A stretch of DNA of 64,000 nt from Candidatus Hydrogenedens sp. (GTDB taxonomy: Bacteria > Hydrogenedentota > Hydrogenedentia > Hydrogenedentales > Hydrogenedentaceae), in NCBI GenBank assembly GCA_049968235.1, contig JBMFRC010000001.1:256001-320000 (forward strand), in the 5' to 3' direction. The position numbers and the translations under genes were made by a program. This document shows, one piece after another, positions 48,426 to 58,616 of the stretch (within the stretch, counting starts at the first letter, position 1; each line of letters starts with the position of its first letter). Below the pieces are notes generated by a model. It was not told the origin of the DNA. It did not search any database and saw only the letters and a list, made by a program, of their open reading frames with translations.

Positions 48426-48902
48426 ATGAAAGTGATTCTATGCAAAGACATCGAAAAATTAGGTAAGGTCGGAGAAACTGTTGAGGTTTCTGACGGTTAC
48501 GCACGCAATTTTCTGATTGCCCGTAAACTTGCGGTATCCGTCCAATCTGCTTCCGCTGCGGAAATTCGTCATCACCTTGAAATTATTCAACGACGTGAAG
48601 CCAAACGAAAAGCAGAAATGGAATCGGTAGCCAGGCAACTCAATACAATCACTATTGAATTTAAAATGCGTGCTAGCGATGAAGAAAAATTATTTGGTTC
48701 GGTAACTTCCGCTATGATAGCAGAGGAACTGCAAAAGATGGATTTTGACATTGACCGCAAACAAGTTCTTCTGGAAGAGCCTATTAAGACTCTGGGCATC
48801 TTTTCAGTCCCTGTAAAATTAGGAAGTGGAGTAACTGCGGAAGTGAAAGTATGGGTCAGTCAACTTACTGATGAAAATAATCCGGTAAATTCAGATAATT
48901 AA
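48426..48902 (+). CDS. rplI: 50S ribosomal protein L9
   Basis: N-terminus MKVILCKDIEKLGKVGETVEVSDGYARNFL with typical L9 length. Confidence 0.85.
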   Translation: MKVILCKDIEKLGKVGETVEVSDGYARNFLIARKLAVSVQSASAAEIRHHLEIIQRREAKRKAEMESVARQLNTITIEFKMRASDEEKLFGSVTSAMIAEELQKMDFDIDRKQVLLEEPIKTLGIFSVPVKLGSGVTAEVKVWVSQLTDENNPVNSDN

Positions 48903-48905
48903 TCT

Positions 48906-50354
48906 ATGGCAGATTCCCGCACGAAAGATAAGTCGAAAAGGAAATCATCTATTACGTTTTTTGACCGCGAACCGCCACAATCTATTGAATCGGAACGCGC
49001 TGTTTTAGGGGCTGTTTTTCTGGACCCGGATACATTTCCCAAAGTTCTTGAGATTTTTAATTATAACACCGACAATATCTTTTATTATGGACCGCACCAG
49101 ACTATCTTTGAAGCCATGTATGATATTTATCATACAACACAAAGCAAACCCGACCTTCAGGCAGTTGCCGGCAATCTTGAAACAAAAAAATTACTGGCAG
49201 ATGTAGGAGGTATTTCTTATCTAACAGAGTTATCCAGTTCCGTACCGACCTCCGCAAATATAACCTATTATGCGAATATTGTTATAGAAAATGCATTAAA
49301 ACGGAAACTAATTGAGATATGTGGTGATGTTATTAGCAAGACTTACGACGGACAGACACCATTTAAAGAACTTGCGGATGAAGCAGAAAGTAGCCTTTTT
49401 ACGGTTGCAATGCAAAGAAGGACAAATCCCATTTATAAATTAGGGGAATTCGCTGCATCTTTTGTTTCAGACATGGAAGAAAGAGTAGGAAGGAAAGAAA
49501 CGTTAACCGGAGTTCCCACAAACTTTCCTGAATTGGATGATAAACTGTGCGGACTTCAGTATTCCGAAATGATTGTTCTTGCAGCACGACCTTCTGTTGG
49601 AAAAACCGCTTTCGCCCTTAATATTGCTCGTAATGTGGCTAAAAGGGGGATAGGTGTGCTTATTTTTAGTTTGGAAATGTCCAAAGAATTGCTTCTTCAA
49701 AGACTTATTTGTATGGAAGGACAAATTGATGGACAAAAAATGAGAAATGCTTTTGCTGTCCAAAAAATTATGGCAGATATAGTGGAAGCCACCGGGCGAA
49801 TATGTAATCTTCCTATTTTTATTGACGATACTCCCAGCATTAATGTTATAGAACTTCGTTCAAAAGCACGAAAGCATCTATATTCAAATCCGGAAGTACA
49901 ATTAATTATTATTGACTATCTCCAATTAATGAATGTTCACCGACGTGGTGAAAATCGACAGGTAGAAATCGCAGAAATATCACGACAGATTAAAGGTCTG
50001 GCACGCGAGTTAAAAGTCCCCATTCTTACATTGTGTCAATTAAGTCGCGAGGCAGAAAAAGAATCTTCCGAGCCAAAACTTTCTCATTTGCGAGAGTCAG
50101 GAGCCATTGAACAGGATGCCGATGTTGTTCTTATGTTATATCAAGATAAAAAAGAAGAGAAAAGCAAAGATACATCTAGAGAGGAAGCTCCGGTAAGTGT
50201 ACACTTAAAGATAGCCAAACAAAGAAATGGCCCCACAGGGATTATTGATTTCTTTTTCCATCGTAGATATCAATCCTTCTTAGAGGTAGGTCATTTTATA
50301 GGAGAAGAACCTTCTTCTAAAACAAGCGAGGATGATGAGGAATCCCCCATTTAA
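48906..50354 (+). CDS. dnaB: Replicative DNA helicase DnaB
   Basis: N-terminal domain (ESERAVLGAVFLDP), Walker A ARPSVGKTAF, Walker B LIIIDYLQLM and RecA-like C-terminal motifs. Confidence 0.9.
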   Translation: MADSRTKDKSKRKSSITFFDREPPQSIESERAVLGAVFLDPDTFPKVLEIFNYNTDNIFYYGPHQTIFEAMYDIYHTTQSKPDLQAVAGNLETKKLLADVGGISYLTELSSSVPTSANITYYANIVIENALKRKLIEICGDVISKTYDGQTPFKELADEAESSLFTVAMQRRTNPIYKLGEFAASFVSDMEERVGRKETLTGVPTNFPELDDKLCGLQYSEMIVLAARPSVGKTAFALNIARNVAKRGIGVLIFSLEMSKELLLQRLICMEGQIDGQKMRNAFAVQKIMADIVEATGRICNLPIFIDDTPSINVIELRSKARKHLYSNPEVQLIIIDYLQLMNVHRRGENRQVEIAEISRQIKGLARELKVPILTLCQLSREAEKESSEPKLSHLRESGAIEQDADVVLMLYQDKKEEKSKDTSREEAPVSVHLKIAKQRNGPTGIIDFFFHRRYQSFLEVGHFIGEEPSSKTSEDDEESPI

Positions 50355-50387
50355 AATAAAAAATAAGTAAAGGTAAAGGAGAAAAAT

Positions 50388-51257
50388 ATGTTCAAAGGTT
50401 CATGGGTTGCTTTGGTAACACCTTTCAAAGAAAATTATGAAGTTGATTTTGATGCGTATGGAAGATTGATAGATTTTCATATTGAACAGGGGACGCATGG
50501 TTTGGTCCCATGTGGTTGCACAGGTGAAGCGGCGACACTCTCTCACGAGGAACAAAAGGAATGTATTCGTTTTGTTGTGGAACGCGTTGCGGGTAGGCTC
50601 CCTATCATCGCTGGAACAGGCTCTAATAATACTATGGAAGCATTAGACCTTACCCGTTGTGCAAAAGAACTTGGTTGTGAAGGTGCTTTATTAATAACCC
50701 CTTACTATAATAAACCAACACAAGCAGGCTTGATAGCTCATTACAAAAAAATCGCAGAAGAAGTAGATATTCCTATCGTTCTTTATAATGTTCCCAGTAG
50801 AACCGGTATTAAATTAGAACCGGATACAATTGCAGAACTAAACAAATTCCCAAATATTGTTTGTATTAAAGAAGCCTGCGGTAGCGTTGACCAGGTATCC
50901 CAGATTCGTTCCCTTTGCGATATAACGGTATTGTCAGGTGATGATAGTTTAACCTTACCCATGATGTCCATCGGTGCTACAGGTGTTATATCCGTTGCTG
51001 CAAATATTGCTCCTGCGGATATTGCTTGTATGTGTACTCTGGCTCTGGAAGGAAATTATGCAGAAGCACAGAAAATCCATTATCGGCTTATGCCTCTTTT
51101 CAAAGCCTTGTTCTATGAAACCAATCCAATGCCTGTAAAGGCAGGTTTGGCACGTATGGGCATGATTAAGAATATCTTGCGTCTCCCTCTGGTCCCAATG
51201 AGTGAACCTCAATTCAAACGATTAGAACAAGTTCTTCAGAAATTGAATTTCATCTAA
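50388..51257 (+). CDS. dapA: 4-hydroxy-tetrahydrodipicolinate synthase
   Basis: DapA motifs ALVTPF, GTTGE, catalytic-Lys region (IVCIKEA) and YNVPSRTG. Confidence 0.85.
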   Translation: MFKGSWVALVTPFKENYEVDFDAYGRLIDFHIEQGTHGLVPCGCTGEAATLSHEEQKECIRFVVERVAGRLPIIAGTGSNNTMEALDLTRCAKELGCEGALLITPYYNKPTQAGLIAHYKKIAEEVDIPIVLYNVPSRTGIKLEPDTIAELNKFPNIVCIKEACGSVDQVSQIRSLCDITVLSGDDSLTLPMMSIGATGVISVAANIAPADIACMCTLALEGNYAEAQKIHYRLMPLFKALFYETNPMPVKAGLARMGMIKNILRLPLVPMSEPQFKRLEQVLQKLNFI

Positions 51258-51365
51258 TTTATTACCGGTTCAAAGATTTTTATTTTACTCTAAAATAGTT
51301 CGTATCATTACATGCAGATAGTAGTTTTCTCCTCAAAAGTGTAAAGAAGGTCATGAGGAAGGGCA

Positions 51366-52964
51366 TCAGGATTTCCGTTGATACAGAGTAATACTCAACC
51401 CCCAATAAGAAACGACTTCTGTTCTTTGCCAGTTCTCTTCAAGATATTTTCGGAGAGGTTCGGTATGAGGCTTATATTCAAATGTTAATCCATGCGTTTC
51501 AAGAAACCATAACCGTTGATACTTTTTTGTTGCCTGTGCTATGGGGACAGGCAACACTCCATGATAAGCAAGTAACGTGGGATTTCCAAAAGTATCGATG
51601 TGAACCTGAACGTCAATGGCACTCATGCCTACTCTACATTGAGGGTATCCTCCCAAATAGTGTCTCATCGAAGGAGCCATAAAATGACTGGGATAAATTA
51701 TAATGTCCCCTTCCTGATAATGATTACGAATCCAATTTGCAGAACTACGGAAATCCACTTTATCATACACACCCAAACGATGCATCTCGTTAGGGTGCAG
51801 TTTCAAGTGATAGTAATCGTTAATGCAGATAGCCGTGAGTAAACCGAACACAATTAAAATCAGAAATCGCGTTGGATAAAATTTTATTCCGTGGATACCT
51901 TGTGCAACTGCAAATAAAGATACAACCCCTGAAAAGATAAATAGCCGATGTTCATAAAACGAGAAATGGCGTGTTCCCCAGATGAATACATTGGCAAATA
52001 TAGGCAACAGACTCATCAAAAATACATAAAGACCATTTTCAGGTTGTCTTCGATAGCACCATAGTCCCCATATAAAAAGGAGTATGGATAGAACAAATAA
52101 AGACCAATAAACACTGCTATTGGAAGTATAGCCTGCAAAGAAGTTTTTCCATGTTATTAATCCGGTCTTTATCGTCGGATTGGGATACCATACATAACGA
52201 ATATTCGATACTATCTCGTGAAAATACCATGCAAGATATAATGCCGGTAGAACTAATATTCCCGCTATAAAATTCGTCCAGAACCACTTGCGAAACAAAT
52301 CTCGCCTGCCTAAGCCCATTAGTATTAAAAGGAATATATTCGTTAGAAAAATCGACCAGACACTAAAATAGTGAGAATACATTAGCAGAACAAAACTGCC
52401 TCCTAATCCCAACCAGTTTTCCCACCGATTATTGGATAAAATGCGGAGTAGAAATAATAAACTTAAAAGATTTAATAGAACATAAAAGGAATAGATACGC
52501 AATTCTTGAGCATAATAAATCTGAAAAGGGGAAATGACAAAAAGGAGTGTGGCGACAAGAATTGTGAAAGGTCTGTCCAACATCCGTTTTGCCACCTGAT
52601 AAAAAACTATAATAGATAAAATGCTCCAGAAACAGGGCAACAATCGCCATGCAAAATCATCCCAGATAGAATACTGTTCCCAGAAACGGATACTGTTCAA
52701 TATCCTACCCCATAAAAAGGTTAGTAATGGATTTATCGGCGGTTCATTATTGAACAAAGGGGAGAGAAATGACCCTTTCCAATCTACCAGTTTACTTAAC
52801 TCTATGGAAGCACATTCATCATACCAGAGACTTAACGAACCCAGATGAAACAATCGGAGTAGAATTCCTGCAGGTAGCAAAACTCCCCAGAAAAGATACT
52901 CCATAATCCTCTTTTTAAACTTTTCAAGTTGTTCTTGCTTCTTTTCCTCTTCAGTTTGAACCAT
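51366..52964 (-). CDS. GT-C-fold membrane glycosyltransferase (GT39/GT83-like, ArnT/PMT family)
   Basis: 532 aa with many TM helices. The first periplasmic loop has LWYDE (a DE-motif typical of PMT/ArnT-like GT-C enzymes). Confidence 0.45.
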   Translation of the reverse strand: MVQTEEEKKQEQLEKFKKRIMEYLFWGVLLPAGILLRLFHLGSLSLWYDECASIELSKLVDWKGSFLSPLFNNEPPINPLLTFLWGRILNSIRFWEQYSIWDDFAWRLLPCFWSILSIIVFYQVAKRMLDRPFTILVATLLFVISPFQIYYAQELRIYSFYVLLNLLSLLFLLRILSNNRWENWLGLGGSFVLLMYSHYFSVWSIFLTNIFLLILMGLGRRDLFRKWFWTNFIAGILVLPALYLAWYFHEIVSNIRYVWYPNPTIKTGLITWKNFFAGYTSNSSVYWSLFVLSILLFIWGLWCYRRQPENGLYVFLMSLLPIFANVFIWGTRHFSFYEHRLFIFSGVVSLFAVAQGIHGIKFYPTRFLILIVFGLLTAICINDYYHLKLHPNEMHRLGVYDKVDFRSSANWIRNHYQEGDIIIYPSHFMAPSMRHYLGGYPQCRVGMSAIDVQVHIDTFGNPTLLAYHGVLPVPIAQATKKYQRLWFLETHGLTFEYKPHTEPLRKYLEENWQRTEVVSYWGLSITLYQRKS

Positions 52965-53069
52965 ATCCTTTTACTCTAAGGGGAATTTGTTCCATTGTTC
53001 TTATTCTATTATTAGGTATAATTTACCTGTAAGAATATCCGAAAATCAAAATAATAAAGTTTATAATCT

Positions 53070-53948
53070 ATGTCCACAAACTTACCACAAATAAAACCAT
53101 GTCCCTGCTACATAGGGGTTTCGGGTTGGGCATATAAAGATTGGAAAAAGACCGTATATTCAGAGAATCAAACCCTGAATATCCATCCCATACGATACCT
53201 TGCTCAATGGATAAATTGTATAGAAGTAAATGTTACCCACTACCAGCCCATACCTGCAATACGAGTACAATCCTGGGTAGAACAGGTTATTGATAATCCC
53301 TCCTTTTTATTTACAGTTAAAATCTGGAAACGGTTTACACACGAGGATAAAAGAAATATAGATATCGAAGATGTAAAACTTTTTATAAACTCTATTGAAC
53401 CTATTGTGGAAACGAACAAATTAGGTTGCTTACTTATTCAGTTTCCTCAGCGATTTCATCGCACACCAGAAAATAGAAGATATCTTACAGAATTAACCAA
53501 TATTTTTACTCCTTTACCTCTATGTATCGAATTTCGGCATAAATCCTGGTTGCATATTCAAACCTTAGAATCGTTCCGTGAAAGAGGGCTTGCCTTTTGC
53601 AATATTGACCAACCCTTGCCAGACCCGAATTGCCTACCTCCTACGGAAGAAGTTACCGCAGATTTCGCATATATACGATTCCATGGGAGAAATATAAAAA
53701 ATTGGTTTTCGGGAAAATCCAATCGCGATGAAAGATATAACTATCTTTACTCCGAATCGGAATTAGAACCATGGGTGGAAAGTATCCAGAGAATGCGTAA
53801 CAAGGCACAACGCATTTTTGTATTAATGAATAATCATTTTGCGGGCAAAGCCCTGATTAATGCGATACAACTCCGAAAAAAACTTGGATATTCTGTGGAC
53901 ACTCCACTTCCCTATGAACTTCAGCGAGTTATAACCGAACATAAATAA
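53070..53948 (+). CDS. DUF72 family protein
   Basis: N-terminal IGVSGWAYKDW and a conserved FRH region match the DUF72/UPF0759 family. Confidence 0.7.
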   Translation: MSTNLPQIKPCPCYIGVSGWAYKDWKKTVYSENQTLNIHPIRYLAQWINCIEVNVTHYQPIPAIRVQSWVEQVIDNPSFLFTVKIWKRFTHEDKRNIDIEDVKLFINSIEPIVETNKLGCLLIQFPQRFHRTPENRRYLTELTNIFTPLPLCIEFRHKSWLHIQTLESFRERGLAFCNIDQPLPDPNCLPPTEEVTADFAYIRFHGRNIKNWFSGKSNRDERYNYLYSESELEPWVESIQRMRNKAQRIFVLMNNHFAGKALINAIQLRKKLGYSVDTPLPYELQRVITEHK

Positions 53949-54086
53949 TGAATCTTTCGAACACATCCTACTTTTTTCGTGAGATACCCCTTTTATCTAA
54001 AAGTAAATCGTTGGAAATTATATAAATTATGAATAAAGACGGTACCTATTTTTGTTTTTGATATAATAAAATAGTAAAGGATTGAT

Positions 54087-56189
54087 ATGATTGAAAGCAG
54101 GTCGTCTTTTATACCTATAGAGATAGAACGACAATTTCTTTCTTTAGTGCAACTCCTGCATAGCAACGGGATTGGTGCAGAAGGTATTGTCCAGGTCCGG
54201 AAAGCGTTTGAATTAGCGGTATGGGCACATCAAGGGCAGGAACGTGCCTCCGGAGAGCCTTATATCACTCACCCCATAGAAGTAGCCCGATTGTTAGCAG
54301 AAATCAAACTTGACTCCATGACCATTATGGCGGGGCTCCTGCACGATGTTATAGAGGATAAACAAGTGTCACGAGAACTTCTTGAAAAAGAAGTGGGGAA
54401 AGTAGTCCTCCAGATTGTTGAAGGGGTTACCAAAGTATCCAAACAACAAATGAAGGCAACTGTTAAAGAAAATGAGGATACGCGAAAATTAGAAACCCTG
54501 CGAAAACTCTTTCTAATCGCTGTAAAAGATGTCCGTGCCTTACTGGTAAAATTGGCAGACCGTCTCCATAATATGAGAACAATCAAATACCTACCGCGGG
54601 AATCTCAAGAACGAATTTCTCGTGAAACGTTAAATATATATGCACCCATAGCCCACCGTTTAGGAATTTATCGATGGAAAATGGAATTAGAAGACCTTGC
54701 TTTTAAAGTTCTACTACCCACCGAATACAAGTGTCTGGCTTCCCGTATTGCAAGGAAAAAAGATGAACGAGAAAATGAAATCAAGAACATCATTACTTAT
54801 CTGGAGAACGAACTGAAAAATATTGGTATCCCGGCACGGATTTTAGGGAGACCCAAACATTTGTATAGTATTTACCTGAAAATGCAAAGGCAACAAATCC
54901 CTCTCGAACGAATTATGGACCTGTATGCAATACGGATTGTTGTCAATACCATCGAAGAATGTTACCGTGTGCTGGATATAGCACATCGACTGGGGAATCT
55001 TATTCCGGAGCGGTTCCGTGATAATATTCGCAAACCGAGAAGTAATGGCTATCGTTCTTTGCATACTACTGTTTTTATACCTAAAAAATATCCTCTGGAA
55101 ATTCAAATTCGAACCGAAGAAATGGACCAGGAAGCGGAATTTGGAATTGCAGCTCACTGGTTCTATAAAGAAGGTGGTGGAATAGATGATTCGCTTATGC
55201 AGAAGCGGATTGAATGGCTTCGTTCTATGGTTTCAGAACTATCTGCTCCAGGCGGTTCTTCATTCACAGCACAGGATATTCAGGATGACCTGAAAATATC
55301 CGAAATTTATATATATACGCCCAAAGGGGATGTCTTCGAATTACCTTCAAATGCCACTGTGCTGGACTTCGCATATACAATTCACACCGAAATTGGTCAC
55401 CATTGCATCGGAGCCCGTGTAAATGATAAGTATGTTCCGATAACAACCCAACTTAATACAGGTGACCGTGTTGAAATCTTGACCTCGCCGAAACAGGAAC
55501 CTCATCTGGATTGGTTAAAAATTATCACTATCGGGAAAGCACGAAATAAGATTCGGCATCACCTCCGGGAAAAGGGTATTCTACCGAAAGAGGAAGAAAC
55601 GGAAATGCCCTCTCGAAAAGAGGAGAAAAACGACGAGCGTGCAGGAAATGTCCAGACAAACAATTCCTCTCTCCCTTACCTTTCCGCATTAACAAAAATA
55701 GAATATGTTGGAGATAATAAGGAATTTGAAAAAGAACGGTATCTAAGTATACGTATCGATGGACAAAAGAATATTACTGTCCATTTTAGTCGATGCTGCA
55801 ATCCTCTTCCCGGTGATGATGTGGTTGGTTATTCTACATTAAAAGGAACCATTACAGTTCACAAAAAGGACTGCAAAATATTTAACAGTGCCTATCGTGA
55901 CCCTTCACGAATACATAAAGCTCGATGGGAAATTGATAACATTACTCACATTACTGTGCAGGTACTGGCTCGCCCATCCTCTACCGTTATTCAGGAATTA
56001 ACTTCATTACTCATAGAGAATAAAGTTCCGGTTATCTCTGCTCACTACAATTTCTTGCGGAAAGGTTTGATTAAATTTGAGTTTACACAGAAATCCATTT
56101 TTTCAGGAAATCCAAAATCTTTCGATTTGCTCATGCGTTCCATCCGTTCTATTGAAGGTGTGTTAGAAGTTCATCGCAAAACAAAATAA
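54087..56189 (+). CDS. rel: Bifunctional (p)ppGpp synthetase/hydrolase (RelA/SpoT homolog)
   Basis: HD hydrolase motifs (HPIEVA, HDVIED), synthetase domain (YRSLHTTV, GIAAHWFYKEG), TGS and C-terminal ACT-like regions. Confidence 0.85.
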   Translation: MIESRSSFIPIEIERQFLSLVQLLHSNGIGAEGIVQVRKAFELAVWAHQGQERASGEPYITHPIEVARLLAEIKLDSMTIMAGLLHDVIEDKQVSRELLEKEVGKVVLQIVEGVTKVSKQQMKATVKENEDTRKLETLRKLFLIAVKDVRALLVKLADRLHNMRTIKYLPRESQERISRETLNIYAPIAHRLGIYRWKMELEDLAFKVLLPTEYKCLASRIARKKDERENEIKNIITYLENELKNIGIPARILGRPKHLYSIYLKMQRQQIPLERIMDLYAIRIVVNTIEECYRVLDIAHRLGNLIPERFRDNIRKPRSNGYRSLHTTVFIPKKYPLEIQIRTEEMDQEAEFGIAAHWFYKEGGGIDDSLMQKRIEWLRSMVSELSAPGGSSFTAQDIQDDLKISEIYIYTPKGDVFELPSNATVLDFAYTIHTEIGHHCIGARVNDKYVPITTQLNTGDRVEILTSPKQEPHLDWLKIITIGKARNKIRHHLREKGILPKEEETEMPSRKEEKNDERAGNVQTNNSSLPYLSALTKIEYVGDNKEFEKERYLSIRIDGQKNITVHFSRCCNPLPGDDVVGYSTLKGTITVHKKDCKIFNSAYRDPSRIHKARWEIDNITHITVQVLARPSSTVIQELTSLLIENKVPVISAHYNFLRKGLIKFEFTQKSIFSGNPKSFDLLMRSIRSIEGVLEVHRKTK

Positions 56190-56337
56190 AATTCCTGAAA
56201 GAATATCCTCTTTCTCTTCTGAATGGTAGTTCCGGCATTCAGGTAATACTCCACTCTCCACCTATATTTCTTTTTCCTGCACCTTCTCTTGTATATACTA
56301 TCCCTGATAGAAATTACGACCTTATGTATACAAGCAA

Positions 56338-56946
56338 CTAAGAAATAATTCCCTGTTGAGTAAGGTAAATAAGTAAAAAGTTGATGGCTTGTTCTACGGT
56401 ACACTGTCCCGTATCTATTATAATTTCCGGATTTTCGGGTTCTTCATACGGGGCGGATATCCCTGTAAACTCCGGAATCTCACCCTTTTTAGCTTTTTTA
56501 TAAAGACCTTTAGGGTCTCGCTGTTCACATATATCAATATCACATTTAACATAAACTTCGATAAAATTTTTTGGATTTAGTTTGCGAGCCTTTTCGCGAT
56601 CACTACGATAGGGAGAAATAAAGGCTGTCATCACAATAAGCCCTGCATCCGCAAATAATTTTGCTACCTCACCAATACGACGAATATTCTCCTCTCTGTC
56701 CTGAGGTGAAAACCCCAAATCTTTATTTAATCCATGTCGTATATTATCACCATCTAAAACATAAGTTTTGCATCCTTTCTCAAATAAGGCATTTTCAAGA
56801 GCATGAGCAAGGGTTGATTTTCCCGATGCAGAAAGCCCTGTAAACCATATTACTGCTCCCTGATGTCCATTTGCCCGTTCACGGTCTTCCCGTTTAATAT
56901 CGCCTTGATGCCATGTAATATTGGTTGCCTTTATAATTTCTTCCAC
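56338..56946 (-). CDS. cysC: Adenylyl-sulfate kinase
   Basis: P-loop GLSASGKST, substrate motifs [17 protein letters not shown] and FISPYR. Confidence 0.85.
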   Translation of the reverse strand: MEEIIKATNITWHQGDIKREDRERANGHQGAVIWFTGLSASGKSTLAHALENALFEKGCKTYVLDGDNIRHGLNKDLGFSPQDREENIRRIGEVAKLFADAGLIVMTAFISPYRSDREKARKLNPKNFIEVYVKCDIDICEQRDPKGLYKKAKKGEIPEFTGISAPYEEPENPEIIIDTGQCTVEQAINFLLIYLTQQGIIS

Positions 56947-57029
56947 AATACCTTTCCTTAATTTTTAATGTTGCGTGAACAATTATTAATAATCAGTTTT
57001 CTTTTTACAAAAGACCTGTTTGATATAGA

Positions 57030-58562
57030 TTATCTAGTTTCCTGGGGTAGAAAATACTTCTTGATAAGGTCTAAATCTATATTGGGATACACAGGATATT
57101 GTTGTAATAATTCCAATACTCTTGCCTTTTGCTTTTTCTGGATAGAAGCGTCTAATACAAAATTCTTCCTGGAAGGTTTTCCTGCATTGGGTCCTTCACT
57201 TAGAATTTCTGGTTTTGTTTCATCTAAAACATCTTTAATAATTGATGCTATTTCTTTCATTTCTACTCCACCCATGCCCAGAGTGGTTACCGCGGGAGTT
57301 CCCAATCGGAGTCCACTTGTAATTAAAGGTCCATTAGGGTCAAAGGGCAAGGAATTGAAATTAAGTGTAATACCACATGCTCGTAATGCCCCTGCGGCTT
57401 GTCTGCCCGTTAAACCGTGACTTTCCTGAACATTTAACAACATCAAATGATTATCTGTTCCTCCTGTTGCAACTACCAATCCTTCACTTTTCAGAGATTC
57501 CGCCAGCATCTGTGCATTACGAACAATCTGCCTCGCATAATCACAAAATTCAGGGCGGTTTGCTTCTGTAAAAGCAACTGCTTTGGCAGAAAGAACATGA
57601 GGTAAAGGACCTCCTAAAACTAATGGACAACCTTTATCTACAAACTCAGCAAATTCTTTCTTGCAAAGAACAATCCCACCCCGGGGACCGCGCAGAGTTT
57701 TATGCGTGGTGGATGTAACAATATGAGCATGAGCCACCGGGTCATATTCCCCTTGAAATACTTTACCCGCTACCAGCCCTGCGAAGTGAGCCATATCTAC
57801 CATCAAAACAGCACCTACTTTATCGGCAATCTCACGAAGGCATGCAAAATTAATTTTGCGAGGATAAGCACTATAACCTGCCAGTAAAATGAGCGGTTTT
57901 ATTTCTTGAGCCATTCTCTCTATCTCGGTATAATCTAATAAACCGGTATCCCGACGAACGGTATAAGAATACGCATCGAACATTTTTCCTGAAATATTTC
58001 GACGGTAACCATGTGTAAGATGACCACCGGAATAATAATCCATTCCTAATAATCGCTGGTTACCCATCTTTTCACGAATTTTTTGCCATTGTTCTTGTGT
58101 AACTTTCGATGGGTCTTTTATATCCAGTTGTTCCAATTCCGGTGTTTCAATTTTCGCAGATAAAATTGCCCAATAAGCAACTAAATTGGCATCTGCACCA
58201 CTGTGAGGCTGGACATAGGCATGCTCTGCGTCAAATAATTTCTTCGCCTGTTCGCAAGCAATTGCTTCAATTGAATCTACATTTCCACAACCTTCGTAAA
58301 ACCGTTGATACGGTATTCCTTCTGCATATTTATCAGTCAATAGATTTGCCATTGCAAACTGCGTTGACAAAGAACAATAATTTTCACTTGCAATCAATTT
58401 TAGATAACTTCGCTGATCTATCAATTCCTGCACGATCCCTGTGGACACTTGAGGAGATACTTTGGCTACTTCTGCTAAATTACATAAGTAGCCTAAAAAT
58501 CCCGAATCCAGTTTGTCCGGCGGAGTAGAACCAATATACTCAATAATAGACGGGTGTATCAT
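57030..58562 (-). CDS. glyA: Serine hydroxymethyltransferase (with N- and C-terminal extensions)
   Basis: LIASEN, GGHLTHG and PLP-lysine region TTHKTLRGPRGG. At 510 aa it is roughly 90 aa longer than typical GlyA because of N-/C-terminal extensions and one insert. Confidence 0.85.
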   Translation of the reverse strand: MIHPSIIEYIGSTPPDKLDSGFLGYLCNLAEVAKVSPQVSTGIVQELIDQRSYLKLIASENYCSLSTQFAMANLLTDKYAEGIPYQRFYEGCGNVDSIEAIACEQAKKLFDAEHAYVQPHSGADANLVAYWAILSAKIETPELEQLDIKDPSKVTQEQWQKIREKMGNQRLLGMDYYSGGHLTHGYRRNISGKMFDAYSYTVRRDTGLLDYTEIERMAQEIKPLILLAGYSAYPRKINFACLREIADKVGAVLMVDMAHFAGLVAGKVFQGEYDPVAHAHIVTSTTHKTLRGPRGGIVLCKKEFAEFVDKGCPLVLGGPLPHVLSAKAVAFTEANRPEFCDYARQIVRNAQMLAESLKSEGLVVATGGTDNHLMLLNVQESHGLTGRQAAGALRACGITLNFNSLPFDPNGPLITSGLRLGTPAVTTLGMGGVEMKEIASIIKDVLDETKPEILSEGPNAGKPSRKNFVLDASIQKKQKARVLELLQQYPVYPNIDLDLIKKYFLPQETR

Positions 58563-58616
58563 GATCAGCTCCTTAAATAAAGAAATTATATGTTTATTGA
58601 AATAATATGTTCTATA

